DNA of 63,215 bases, filler included, from Chiloscyllium plagiosum (lineage: Eukaryota): NCBI RefSeq assembly GCF_004010195.1. It is 5 parts of one record of this genome, joined end to end, with 100 filler letters (N's around TTAATTAATTAA, not from the genome) between each part and the next. Parts side by side here need not be neighbours in the genome. Positions count along the whole stretch, not along the records: positions 22,094 to 42,444 come from NC_057716.1; positions 42,545 to 55,874 come from NC_057716.1; 3 more parts are not named here. One strand, 5' to 3'. Positions 35,774 through 48,804 of the stretch are shown here, in pieces. The position numbers were made by a program, and so were the translations under genes. Numbering within the stretch: position 1 is the first letter of the stretch; every line of letters begins with the position of its first letter. The notes beneath the pieces are model-generated. The model saw only the letters and a list, made by a program, of their open reading frames with translations, was not told where the DNA came from and searched no databases.

Positions 35774-35866
35774 AAGCGATATGAAGGGCTTTTGCCCGAA
35801 ACGTCGATTTTGCCTATCCTCGGATGCTGCCTGAATTGCTGTGCTCTTCCAGCACCACTGATCCAG
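35774..35866 (+). mobile_element. Single-arm Penelope pLTR fragment
   Basis: ATGAAGGGCTTTTGCCCGAAACGTCGA...; TSD aatgtggagag at 35763-35773 and 35867-35877. Confidence 0.8.
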
Positions 35867-36180
35867 AATGTGGAGAGGTCATCCAAACCCCACTGTCTTC
35901 CAGAACAGGGCTGCATTGCAACCTCTGAAATCCGACAAAATTGTAAGGATGCAAGGGAAGCCTCACCACAAGATGGGACATGAGCCACAATGGCTATTTA
36001 TCATCCATTTATGCCCCATCACCAGGGCGTGAACCCTCCAGCTATGACAGCTTCCCTCACCCCTCACCTGCCTCCACAGTAGGGCAGCAGGGTTTGAGTG
36101 ATTCCCCAAACGCACTTTGGTATGTTAACCACTTTAATTGGTTCTCCATCTCCATGTGGCAGACAGACAATCCTATTACC

Positions 36181-36381
36181 AGGAGAATGTGAGGCCTTTG
36201 GATGATGGAGACCAGAGTTGGAAAGTGTGGTGCTGGAAGAATACAGCAGTTCAGGCAGCATCTGAGGAGCAGGAGAGCAACAAAATGTACATTCCTGACG
36301 AAGGGCTTATGTCCAAAACATCAATTCTCTTGCTTCTCGGGTGCTGCCTGACCTGCTATGCTTTTCCTGCACCACACTTTT
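36181..36381. mobile_element. Miniature palindromic Penelope pLTR element
   Basis: Inverted arms with degenerate core CTGACGAAGGGCTTATGTCCAAAAC; perfect TSD caatcctattacc at 36168-36180 and 36382-36394. Confidence 0.85.
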
Positions 36382-37176
36382 CAATCCTATTACCTGTCCA
36401 ACCCTGGGACTGTTTGACTCTAGTAGAATGAGGAAGCACAATTGGTCATGTTCAGATTATGGAGGCCGTGCAGTTTTGAATTTGTAATCACTTGAATCAA
36501 GCAATCTATGAGCGACAGCAGCATGAGGGGAACACATTTGCAGGCATTACTCAGTACCTTGTTGAGTAGTATGCAGTCAGGCTGAGAGACTGCTCACTTT
36601 GAATGATCTAATGGATGCCAGATTTCCTGCTAGTTTTAGTGGTGTCTGAATCATTTACTGCTTTATCTGTTTGTTCAGTCATAGAGTTGTAATGCTGCAG
36701 CACTTGGGTTTCGCATCTAAAGAACTTTTGCACAAATCTTTGGAAATGGCTTAAAAAAAAACAGGCTTCACTACATAATGGAAGGTCGACACCACTTATT
36801 CACAGCTCAGTTTCTGCTGCATTAGGAAAAGCAGTTCTCTCTCTCTCTCGAGCCTTCATTTGATTAAAGGGAGCAGGGAAAGAGTCTTTTAAAAATTTGC
36901 AACACAACCGGTTTAGTTGAGCCGCTCCTCCCTGTTAATGATCCTAAATGTCTTCCCAGTCTGACAGCTCTGATAACCTGATTCTGACCCGAGTACCAGG
37001 CAATGAAAACCCACAAGCAGCATTCCTAGTCAGTGAGCCAACATGTGGGTTGAAACTGTGAATGTTCCCAGTGTCAATCCACCAATCACACGGACTCGTC
37101 TCCCCAGATTACTGACACACAGCCTTCCCAATTGCCATTTTTAGTTGACCTTCTTGAAAAAAATATAAATTATTCT

Positions 37177-37390
37177 GAGATGAAACATGGCAGAGTTAAC
37201 AGATGTAGTAAGCTGGAGCCCCATTCTATTTAATATTTGAATCAACCACTTATGACACACAACCAGGGAAGGAGGACTTGAAGTTGGGCCTTCTAGCCCA
37301 GAGGTAAGGATACTACCCTGGCACCCATGGTAGCTCTATTTTATTCACCTAAGTACAACATACTGAACCCCCATTAAATAAACTGCAGAA
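37177..37390. repeat. Uninterrupted paralog of the repeat at 34606-35204 (empty site of the 5S-HE1 insertion)
   Basis: Shares gatgaaacatg.cagagtt, ccattct..ttaa.atttgaatcaacc..ttatgacacacaac, ggacttgaa.ttgg.ccttctagccc.gaggtaagga and ccccattaaataaa.tgcagaa. Confidence 0.8.
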
Positions 37391-37884
37391 TTTAGAGAGA
37401 AAACTGAATGCACTCGGGGGTGAATTTGGTCCCTGCCAATAGATTGACATGGATGCAGGAGATTCTTTTTCCAAGTACTGATTCTTTAACTAATGTACTC
37501 CATAGGTGGAATTACATTTGACAGAGAATTTTAATCCTTCCCTTCATGAAACAGACCTGATCTATTGTTTGCTTCTTGGCCTACATTCTGGTCTGGCCAG
37601 CACAAGGATGTGGTCAAATTTAGAGGAACTTTCTCTTGTTGTCCAAAATAGAATGCTTTCAGGAAAAGCCATTATTTTGTCATCCATGGAGCAAATGACA
37701 GTGCCATGTTGCACTTTTAATGACCTGCTGTTTTCCTCTTTCCGGGGAGTCCCTGCAGCCAAAAATCCGGTGATCATCCAACATTGAACTGAGGGGCTAG
37801 AAGAGCATAACTGCACCCCATTGTGTTAACTGCTGAAGGGTTGCTATGAGCTGTGAAACAAAAATACTTGTTGCTGTGCCTTGT

Positions 37885-38215
37885 TGGGTAGCACTGTTGC
37901 CTCATTGTGAAAGGCAGTGGGTTTAAGCCTCCCTCCTGAGTCTCTAGCACTGAAGCCTGGACCGATGCACTAGTGTAGTGCTGCACTGTTGGAGGTGTTG
38001 TCTTTCAGTTCGGATGTTAAATCAAGGTCTGCCCTCCCAGGTGTTAGTAAAAGGTCACGTGGCAATAGTTTGAAGAGGAGACATGGTGTTCTCCCTGCAT
38101 GCCTGTCCAAACGTTATCCCTCAGCAAACATCACAAAAGCAAGTGATCTGGTCAAAGTCACCATTGCTGTTTATGTGAGACTCCTGGGTGCAAGTTAGTT
38201 GCCATGCTTCCTACT
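37885..38215 (+). mobile_element. SacSINE1/AmnSINE1-related Deu-type SINE
   Basis: GGAGGTGTTGTCTTTCAG...GTTAAATCAAGG...TTATCCCTCAGCAAACATCAC...GATCTGGTCA...CATTGCTGTTT matches the recalled Deu/SacSINE1 body. Confidence 0.7.
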
Positions 38216-38419
38216 GATGGTCGCTACCTCTGCCAGGAAATCTGCTGTCTGATTATGTCACACTTATCTGTCTTTCACTTCCTCATACAACTCCTGTGGC
38301 TCATCTGTAAACATTCTGTAACATTCCTCATCCAAACCTTTCTCTGCTGCCCTCTACCTTAAGACCAGAAGAAAGCTGAACAAGAGTAGGCCATTCAGCC
38401 CCTGGAGCCTGCTCCTCAA

Positions 38420-38742
38420 TTTAGATTAGATTAGATTCCCTACAGTGTGGAAACAGGCCCTTCGGCCCAACAAGTCCACACCGACCCTCTGAAGAGTAAC
38501 CCACTCAGACCCATTTCCCTCTGACTAATGCACCTAATACTACAGGCAATTTAGCATGGCCAATTCACCTGACCTGCACATCCTTGGGACTGTGGGAGGA
38601 AACCGGAGCACCCAGAGGAAACCCGCACAGATACGGGGAGAACTTACAAACTCCACACAGACAGTCACCCAAGGCTGGGATCGAACCTGGGACCCTGGCA
38701 CTGTGAGGCAGCAGTACTAACCACTGAGCCGCTGTGCTGCCC
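38420..38742 (-). mobile_element. HE1-type V-SINE
   Basis: Complete head, core and tail, ending in (ttaga)n repeats. Confidence 0.9.
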
Positions 38743-39593
38743 TAAATTCATCATATGATACTGGATTCCGACAGTAAATATTTCACGCACTGTAGATCAT
38801 TTTAGGACATCATGGGTCATGAAAGGGGCAATTCTTCCTTTCTGTTTGTGGCTCCAAATGAAACATTATTTAACTATGCCAGTTAAATAGGTGTAGGCAG
38901 AAAAACCATTGTGGGTTATAGTGAATGGAACAGGCTAACGTGATTCATTCTCTGAAACAAACCATATAAACTCATTGAGTTTCTCTTCCAGACTGATGTG
39001 TGCCAATGGTCTGTAGATAACAGCATGTCAAATCTGGATGAGGCAAATCCTCAGGGGGATATAAGTTATTAGTACATTTTTCCTCTTAAAGTAAATCAGT
39101 GGAGGTGAACAGGGGTATATTGGAAAACATCCAACAGAGTGCAACATTCATTTCAATATATCCACCCAAATTAATTAACAAAAACAAAGGGCTGCCTGGG
39201 GCAATTGACCGGATCCAATACCAGTAAAAAGCTGAGGATAATTGGTTTTATCTAAAGTAAAGATCGAGGGAGTTAGCCAAATCCCTCAATGCTTAAAACC
39301 CATTTCAGAGTACCCAAAACAGGAGTGGAGAGATGATAATGAATCTTTATCATTTCAGCTCCGTCAGGTCACTGAAGCAATGGGTATGTTTGACTGTCTG
39401 ATGACTGCAGCCTAGGGAACAGTGATGGAAAGGAAAACATTGTCTGTGCTCCAACGTCTGCATCAAGTGACATTGTTGCAAAGGTGGAGGTTAAAGGACC
39501 AATAATGTGTTATCCTCCATTTTGAGAATCAAAAATGCATGTCTGTGATTTCAGTGAAGTGTTTTGGAATGTTTTTCGATATTAAATAAAACT

Positions 39594-40007
39594 TTCTCTC
39601 TCTCTCTCTCTCCCTGTCTTTCTCTATATCTCTCTTTCTATCCCTTTTTCTTTCTATTCCCCCTCTTTATCTCTATCTCTCTCTCTCCGTTTCGCTCTGT
39701 CCCCCATTCTATTTCTCTCTAACTCTCTCTCTCTGTACCATTATCTCTCTATTCCCCTCTCTATTTTGCTCTATCCCTCTTTCTCTGTATCCCTATCTAT
39801 CTATCTATCTATATTCCTCTCTCTTTATTTTACTCTATCCCTCTCACTCTCAATCCCTATTTCTCTCTATCTCTTTATCCCTCTCTCTATCCCCACTCTC
39901 TATCCCTGTCTCTTTCTATCTCATTCTCTATCACTCTCTATCCCTGCCTCTTGCTACCTCAATTTCTCTCTCTATCTATACCTCTATCTCCTCCTCTATT
40001 GCTCTCC
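39594..40007. repeat. Degenerate (CT)n/(CTAT)n microsatellite
   Basis: About 410 bp pyrimidine-rich simple repeat. Confidence 0.9.
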
Positions 40008-40244
40008 AGTGATGTAGTTGACTCTTTACTGCACTCTGAAACAGCCAGACGGAGGCTGTCAATAGTGTTCTAGAAAGTGCCTCCCCCACACATTTCCAAG
40101 GATCAGTTAGAGATGGGAAAATGAGACGGGGCTCATCAGCAATGACCCCAGTATTGTACATAGAAAATGGAAGAAAATATAGTCTTATATGAAATGAGCC
40201 TTTGGATTGGATGCAAATAAGATTTACAAAAGATGACCTCAGTT

Positions 40245-40780
40245 TAAGGAGAGAGCAGAAAGATTTAAAAAGGACCTGAGGGGTAACTTTTTCATGCAGA
40301 GAGTGGTGCGTGTATGGAATCAGCTGCCAGAGGAAGTGGTATAATTACAATTTAAAAGGCATCGGGATGGGTATATGAATGGGACGAGTTTAGAGGGTTA
40401 TGGGACAAATGCTGGCAAGTGGGACTAAGTCAGATTGAGATGACTGGTCAGTTCAGACTGGTCAGTTCACCGTGTAACTCTATGAGTTCATATATGTGAT
40501 TCATCAATGGAATGCATAATAGGGTGACAGCCGCTCATCGGCTTCAATTGCTCGCACTCAGTGTTAGACAACTGAGGATTTCAAAGCCCATGGCAGGACT
40601 TTGAAAAAAAGTACTTGAGAAAACATTTTTATACCATGAGTTGTTATGGTATGGAATGCACTGCCTTGAAATATGGTGGAGGCAGGTTCAATTGAGGAAT
40701 TAAAGAGGCCACTGGATGGTTATTTAGACTGTAATGGGATGGAGGGATGGGGAGAAGGAAGGAGATTGGTACTGGGTAAT
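40245..40780 (+). mobile_element. Two CR1 3' end fragments
   Basis: RFKKDLRGNFFMQRVVRVWNQLPEEVV plus tail at about 40245-40490; second degenerate copy at about 40610-40780. Confidence 0.75.
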
Positions 40781-40789
40781 CCCCTGGAG

Positions 40790-42444
40790 GGGAACACCAC
40801 CCCTGCTCTTGACTCCAACCCCATTCCCAGCACCACCACACCCACTCCAGTTACAGGCTCCGCCCCATTCCCAGCTCCACACCTCCATCAGGCCCGAGCT
40901 CCCAGCCCTGCTGCGTTTTCACCGTTCCCTCAGACCTCCACCTCACTGAGTACGAACGATCAGTCCTCAGCAAAGGACTCACCCACGCATCAATTAATTT
41001 AATACACGCCGTGACATTGAACACTTCTTCCGCCGCCTTTGCCTCAGTGTTTACTTTCACAATCAGGATTCCCGCTCACCTTCCGAGGACCCCTTTGCCT
41101 GCCTCCAACACACTCCATCAACCTGGACACCCTGTGCTGGCCTATTACCTGCCCTCGACCTCTTCATTTCCAACTGCCGCCGGGACATGAACCGCCTCAA
41201 CCTGTCTACCCCCCTCCCCCACTGCAACCTCTCACCCTCACAACGCGCAGCCCTCCAGTCCCTCTGCTCCAATCCCAACCTCATCATCAAACCAGTGGAT
41301 ACAGGGGATGCAGTGGTAGTCTGGCGCACTGACCTCTACACCACTGAAGCCAGGCACCAACTCGAAGACACCTCCTCCTACCGCCCCATCACCAAACCAT
41401 CATCTCCCAGACCATACAGAACCTCATCACCTCAGGAGATCTCCCACCCACAGCTTCCAACCTTATAGTCCAGGAATCCCGCACTGCCCGCTTCTACCTC
41501 CTTCCCAAGATCCACACGCCTGACCACCCTGGCCGACCCATTGTCTCAGCATGCTCTTGCCCCACTGAACTCATCTCTCCCTACCTCGACACTGTCCTAT
41601 CCTCCCAGTCCACATACTCCCCACATACGTTCGAGACACCACCCATTTTTCCGTTTCCCCGGCCCCCAACACATTATCTTCACCATGGATATCCAATCCC
41701 TCTACACCTCCATCCGCAATGACCAGGGCCTCCATGCCCTCCGTTTCTTCCTCTCCCGACGTCCCCAACAGTACCCTTCCACTGACACTCTCATTCGTTT
41801 AGCTGAACTGGTCCTCACGCTTAACAATTTCTCCTTCAAATCCTCCCACTTCCTCCAGACAAAGGGGTAGCCATGGGCACCCGTATGGGCCCCAGCTATG
41901 CCTGTCTCTTTGTTGGCTACATAGAACAGTCCATCTTCCGTAGTTACACTGGCACCACTCCCCACCTCTTCCTCCGCCACATTGATGACTACATTGGTGC
42001 CACCTCGTGCTCCCGCGAGGAGGTTGAGCAATTCATCAACTTCCCCAATGCATTCCACCCTGACTTTAAATTTACCTGGACCATCTCTGATACCTCCCTC
42101 TCCTTCCTGGACCTCTCCATCTCCATTAATGATGACCGACTTGACACCGACATTTTTTACAAACCCACCAACTCCCACAGCTACCTGGATTACACCTCTT
42201 CCCACCCTACCTCCTGCAAAAATGGCATCCCGTGTTCCCAATTCCTCTGCCACCGCTGTATCTGCTCCCAGGAGGACCAGTTCCGCCACAGAACACACCA
42301 GATGGCCTCCTTCTTTAGAGACAGCAATTTCCCTTCCCACGTGGTTAAAGATGCCCTCCAATGCATCTCGTCCACATCCTGCACCTCCGCCCTCAGACTC
42401 CACCCCTCCAACCATAACAAGGACAGAACCCCCCTGGTGCTCAC
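40790..42444 (+). mobile_element. Penelope-like element RT region (disrupted)
   Basis: [82 protein letters not shown]; stops and frameshifts present. Confidence 0.9.
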
Positions 42445-42544
42445 NNNNNNNNNNNNNNNNNNNNNNNNNNNNNNNNNNNNNNNNNNNNTTAATTAATTAA
42501 NNNNNNNNNNNNNNNNNNNNNNNNNNNNNNNNNNNNNNNNNNNN

Positions 42545-42980
42545 GGAGTTTCTGGACTAGGGGGGATAGGACAGTGTCAAGATTGGTAGAGATGAGTTCA
42601 GTGGGGCAGGAGCATGCTGAGACAATGGGTTGGCCAGGGTGGTCAGGTTTGTGGATCTTGAGAAGGAGGTAGAACCGGGCAGTGCGGGGTTCCCGGACTA
42701 TGAGGTTGGAAGCTGTGGGTGGGAGATCTCCTGAGGTGATGAGGTTCTCTATGGTCTGGGAGATGATGGTTTGGTGATGGGGAGTGGGGTCATGGTCGAG
42801 GGGGCAGAAGGAAGAGGTGTCCTCGAGTTGGCATTTGGCTTCAGCGATGTAGAGGTCAGTGCGCCAGACTACCACTGCGCCCCCTTTATCTGCTGGCTTA
42901 ATGGTGAGGTTGGGATTAGAGCAGAGGGATTGGAGGGTTGCGCGCTGTGAGGGTGATAGGTTGGAGTGGGGGAGGTTGCT
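42545..42980 (-). mobile_element. Penelope-like element RT N-terminal fragment (separate copy)
   Basis: NLSPSQRATLQSLCSNPNLTIKPADKGGAVVVWRTDLYIAEA...RFYLLLKIHKPDHPGQPIVS. Confidence 0.9.
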
Positions 42981-44235
42981 CAGCACCCGAGTACCTGCAA
43001 ATTCCAGGTTGCATGATTACAACTGGCAAGAAGTGAACTCTGCGCTGATATCTAATGTCAAATACGGAAATGGTTTTGCGGTATTTCGGCATCAATTACA
43101 CGTTGTGTGCTGTTATCAGAACTACTAAAGAGGCTACTGGTTTGAAATCAGTCACCCATCAGTCTGCGACGCCAAAGGGACACTTTCACGAAATCACTGA
43201 ATGAGTGATTGGGAGACGGGTATAGTGGAATCGTGCAGTTGCAAATACATGATTCGCAAGTGGAATGGACAAGACTCCCTATCAGAACAGTAATCTTCCA
43301 CGACTTTAATTGTACACTTTGGTGTACTGAGCTCTGAGCTAGGTGCATTATAACATCTCAGAACAAGTTGCTGAAACATTTCTTAATTCTAATCTTGGAC
43401 TTGATTTCAGAGTCCACGTCCAGATGTCTATTACACTGTACATGACTTTCTGTTCCTGGATTAAATTTCTGCCTGTGTTTTATTCCTACGAACAACCTAT
43501 TCTGTGTGTAAACCAGCTATCAATTCCAAATATGCAATGTATGAAGCGCCTGAACCCTCTGTTATGTTAAAGTCTGTATTTCAATCTCTGATTTCTATTC
43601 TACATAGAAACTATCTGAAATCCCCATTCAGATCACTGCTTATTACTGACTCCCATTTATTCTTTATTTTAAATTTAAACCAGCCTCTGGCATGCTCGTT
43701 TCAAAGAATTATCACAGAATCATTACAGCATAGAAACAGGACAATCAGCCCATCTAATTTCTTATGAGCAAATCATCTGAATTCTTTTTAACTCACTCCC
43801 TGGTATCCATTGCTCCCTAAATCCTCCAACCTCTCCATGTTAACTCATGCATTCGATTTTCTACATGAAAGGCATCTCTATTAAATTCTACTTTGTAACT
43901 CATTTTGTTATATTTTGGCACCAGGAATGGAGACACTTTTCACTGTATTCCTACACTTGAATACAAGTGACAATAAAACCTAAATCTAAATATCCATTCT
44001 TCTGTCTGTGAATCATCAGATGCTCTTTGTCTGGTTGGAGTTGGTAACCTGGTCCCATGATCTCCCACTGATTTCATTGAATAGGTATGGGAGCAGGACA
44101 CTGTAGATAATACACAGAGGCTGTCATAGTGATCAGAATGGAGGGTTACAGTTTGCTGAGTTCGACAGAAGCCGCATTCAAAGCAAGAGCAGGAGATTCC
44201 CACCCAGTGGGTGAGCAAAAGTTCTGATCATGTAT

Positions 44236-44580
44236 TATAGAATCCCTACAGTGTGGAAACAGGCCTTTCGTCCCAACAAGTCCACACCAACCCTCTGAAG
44301 AGTAACCCTCCCAGACCCATTCCGCTATCCTATTATGCTATATTTATCCCTGATAAATGTACCTAACCTACACATCCCTGAGCACTATGGGTAATTTAGC
44401 ACAGCCAATTTACCTAACATGCACATCTTTGGACTGTGAGAGGAAACCGGAGCACTAGGAGGAAACCCACGCAGACAAGGGGAGAACGTGCAAACTCCTC
44501 ACAGACAGTCACCTGAGGCAAGCATCAAACCCAGGTTCCTGACGCTGTGAGGCAGCAGTGCTAACCACTGACCCACGGGC
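44236..44580 (-). mobile_element. HE1-type V-SINE
   Basis: Same head, core and tail as 800-1120. Confidence 0.85.
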
Positions 44581-45279
44581 TGCCAGTGTATGGGTATGGT
44601 GGTATTGCAGGGTTGTGGGAATTGGTTGGCAAAGTTGGGTTGGTGGGGTGTCAAGGCTGGACGGTCCGTTGGGGTTAGGTGGACATGTCGAGGTGGCGTG
44701 GATCACTTGAGGGCACATCAGAGGAGTGAATGTTGGAGGTCTGGTCAGTGAGGTTGGAATATTGGGGGTCAGTTTGGAAGTGGGGTTGGGCAAAGTCATG
44801 TGGGGAAGGGGCTGTGGGTGAACAGGGAGAGGTAAGAGAGATGAGTGGACTGTTAGTCCATATGGTAGGCGAGTGTATTAATGGTCACCTGGGAGGTTAA
44901 TTTTATTAATCAATCCCTCGAACCTTGCTTGGCTGACTATTCAGGGAAATAAGTCAGAATCCTCTGCTTCTAACTCAAGAGGTTTATCAGAGGGTTCCTG
45001 ATATAATTGCCCATTGGAAATATCAGCTTCTTGGGCAACTGCAGTAGTGTGAGCAAACTGGGACTTCTGCAAGTTTACGATGCAGCAATAATGTTCCTGA
45101 GAGATGATCTGGACCCATGATTACATTGGTTGTAGACGTTCTCCAGTACTTCACTCAAGAAGCATGGTTCATATGAGGAGCTGTTACTCTATTCAGTGTC
45201 TACACATGTGTACTTTCTGTCTGAACTGAACCATTAGGAGCAGGCACCTAGCCCTTCTTGCATCAGATATACATAACAC

Positions 45280-46005
45280 CATTAGACCATGAGATATGGG
45301 AGTAGAATTAGGCCATTTGGCCCATCCACACTCCTCCACCAATGAATCATGGCTAGTATGTTTCTCAACCCCACTCTCTTGCCTTCTCCCCATAACCCTT
45401 CATCCCCTCACTAATCATCCATCTCTGTCTTAAATACTCTCAACGACATGGCCTCTACAGCCTCCTGTGACAATGAGTTCCACAGATTAACCACTCCCTG
45501 GCTAATGAAATTCCTCTTCATCTCAGTTCTAAAGGATTCTCCCTTCACTCTGTGGCTGCACCTTTGGGCCCTAGTCTCTCCTAGTCATGGAAACATCTCT
45601 CCATGCTCACTCTGTCCAGGTCTTTCAGTATTAACACCTCTGGGACACCCGGACCAATCAACCCAAACACCCTGTAGCCCAACACTTTAACTCCCCCTCC
45701 CACTCCACCAAGGACATGCAGGTCCTTGGACTCCTCCATCGCCAGACCATGGCAACACGACAGTTGGAGGAAGAGTGTCTCATCTTCTGCCTGGGAACCC
45801 TCCAACCACAAGGGATGAACTCAGACTTCTCCAGTTTCCTCATTTCCCCTCCCCCCACAAGGGATGGGACTAGATTGGGTTGGGATACCTGGTCGACATG
45901 GACTAGTTGGACCGAAGGGTCTGTTTCCATGTTGTAGATCTCTATGACTCCCAAGTCCCTTTGTACTTTGGATTTCTGAAGCCTTTCCTCATTTAGAAAA
46001 TAACC
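45280..46005. mobile_element. Nested cluster: CR1 3' end (minus), Penelope GIY-YIG fragment (about 45635-45857, plus) and CR1 tail (about 45860-45950, plus)
   Basis: MQVLGLLHRQTMATRQLEEECLIFCLGTLQPQGMNSDF for Penelope; CR1 tail motifs on both sides. Confidence 0.75.
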
Positions 46006-47905
46006 TACCCGAAAGATGATGCAAGGCTTTAAATGGCTGCTGCCTCTATAAGATTCTACTTTGTAACTCATTTCATTATATCCATCCCCCTGTTTGTGAA
46101 GCATCAGATGCTCCAGGTTTGGTTGGAGTTAGTAAATTGGTCCCATTTCTCTCACATTTACTCAGAGGTAGTTAGGTTTTAAGGAATGCCTTAAAGGTGG
46201 AGAGTCTTAAAAAAGGTGCTGTGGTCTAGGGATTGATTTCCAGAGCTCAAGGCCTAGATGATAAAAGGTGTGGCTATCAAAGGGAATGGAAGTTCTCAAG
46301 ATGCTAGAAATAGGGGAGAATTGATGTCCGAATGATGTAGGGTTAGAGCAGGTTAAAGAGATAGGGAAAGGGGAGGCTGTAGAGAAATTTGAAAATAAGT
46401 AAGAGAAGGTAGCCCACTATATTTTTAATGAAAGGGATGCTGCCTGTTTTAAAATGTATTTGCCGTACAGTTTCCCCTTAAATGTTCAGATTTTGGCAGG
46501 ATCACAATGCATGAGACAAATGGTGACCCCAAAACGCCATTCTGGCTTTCGGATTCTTCGTTCTTCGGTGCTTCTGGATCTCCCCGATGTCCTTTGACGT
46601 GATTTTGCTGTCACTTTAATCTAACAAGTGCAGCCCCCACGTTAATTTTCTCGCAGATGATAAATCTGAAATGCAGCAGTCGTGCAACACCTACAGTTTC
46701 CACGAGGGGGCAGCAGAACCCCTTCTGGTCAGCAATTGCAGATAAATAAAGAGAAACTGCGCAAATATTAATCCGGTCACGCAACATGTGCGGAGAGCAA
46801 ACGAGATGGTTACCGTCTGGAGCTTGTGGCCTCTCACTGTACATAACTGTATTTCACTACACACAGAGAAATGTCAGTAACAAAGCACTAGCCTGTTCAC
46901 CAGAGGCACTGCAATGAAAAGAATATTCCAATTATTGTCCCAAAATATCCTGGAGTGATCACCTTGAGTCACCTCAAAGTTATTTTTAGTGAAGGCTGGC
47001 AAATTAACATGCAAATACTCAGCCTGATAATACAGGGCTTCCTGACTTATCTAAAACCAGACAGTGTGCCCGTAGCTTCTGTACAGGGATGGGGTATTCA
47101 GTACATCAATACCAAAGGGTGAAAATGCATTGTGAGACTATTTTTAACACAGTTGTAGCAAACTCCTCTCTTTTGACGCTCTTCCGTGTTGCAGGGTCTA
47201 ATGGCTGCTGCCTCCAGCCTTTTAAATGAAAGGTAAATACATCAGCTCTCACAAGGTGAGCCACAGCATAAAAATGCACTGCTCTAACTACAGACTTTCA
47301 ATTGCTTTCATTGCTCATGTAGTGGGGGAGGAGAGCTGCACTCTCTTCCTCCTGACCAAGTTTACACATGACTGAGCAGAGACTTTCACTTCTGTGGGGA
47401 GGCTGGAGAAGCAGCAGAGGTGAAGGGAGGGATTAAAGAGGAAAATGTTCAAGTCCAAGAGCATTTTTGACAAGGGGCAATGAGGAGAGATGCTCTCCTT
47501 GAGTGCTGACAGTTGTTACAACTCTGCCTGATTTGGAGCACTAGGGAAATAGGCTTAGGTTTTACCCAGTAGGCCAGAAAACCGATCTCTCAAGTACTGA
47601 CCTAAGACAGCGCGTGTGTGTGTGGTCACTGCAGTGTCCAGCAAACTCTAGGAAGCAGTTGCTTCTCTTGGTTGCATGTATATCTTTACTGCTCAGGAAT
47701 GAAGCTGCTTCCAGTCAGTCTGTTCCCAAAGCCGTCGTTTGAGCAGGTCACCTTTTCCCATTCCTTTTTCTTTCCTGAAAAAAAATTCAACAGATCACCC
47801 CAGAGGCCACAAGGGATTTATCCAGTTTGCAAAATGGGTCAAAGACAACAAAATTATAAACGAGGAGGCACAGGATATCACCTGCCAGCTTGCTATCAGT
47901 GCCAA

Positions 47906-48512
47906 TTTTTTTTTTAAATTTCTAAAATATACTTTATTCATAAAATAATTTGATGGTCTGTACAGTTGATCATGCCATACACACATCAATTCTGATCTGT
48001 GTGCAAATATTTATCATTCATATATACAGGTCTGTACATTTATTAATCATATGTCCACATATTTAGCTGAGGTGTCAGCAGAGCCCAAAAGACTGCGTGG
48101 GCCCCCTGTTCTTCTTAGGCAGGCAGATGTTACACGGTGGTCTTTCCCCACCGGACCTTGGCGGCAACTACCCCAAGCTTCAGCACGTCCCTCAACACAG
48201 TCCTGGACCTTGGAATGTGCCAGTCTGCAACACTCAGTTGGGGTCAACTCCTTCAGCTGGAGTATCAACAGGTTTCAGACCGCCCAGAGAGTGTCCTTCA
48301 CAGAGTTGATGATCCTCCAGGCACAGTTGATGTTCGTCTTGGTGTGCGTCCCGGGGAACAGGCCGTAGAGCACGGAGTCCTGCATCACAGCGCTGCTCGG
48401 GACGAACCTCGCCAAACACCACTGCATTCCTCTCCAGACTTCTTCTGCGTAGGCACATTCCAGAAGGAGGTGTGTGATAGTCTCATTCCCCCCCGCAGCT
48501 GCTTCGAGGGCA
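47906..48512 (-). mobile_element. 5'-truncated Tx1-type (L1 superfamily) LINE with poly(A) tail and TSD
   Basis: Zn-knuckle/zf-RVT segment ETITHLLLECAYAEEVW...CAWRIINSVKDTLW; T run at 47906-47915; perfect TSD gctatcagtgccaa at 47892-47905 and 48513-48526. Confidence 0.85.
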
Positions 48513-48804
48513 GCTATCAGTGCCAACTCACCCAATTACACAGGGAGTATGGTGCTTATCAGCTGATCAAAAGGATGTTTTTCCATTTGCAGTTTTACCT
48601 GGCTCACCCTCAGTTCTAATACTGTTACTCGATAGTTACCCAACTATCTGTGCAACTTCAGAAGCTCATTTAATTGGATTGCTGAATTCTGCTATCATCT
48701 CAAATGAAAAAAAAGATTTGTACAAACCATCTAAGGAACCAGACTTTATACTTGCAATAAGTAAGTTCCTGTATGCTAATGCAGATGGTCAGCTGTTTAA
48801 ATGA

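Noticed and set aside
39766..40017. Hydrophobic 83-aa ORF
   Set aside because: Translation of a CT/CTAT microsatellite.
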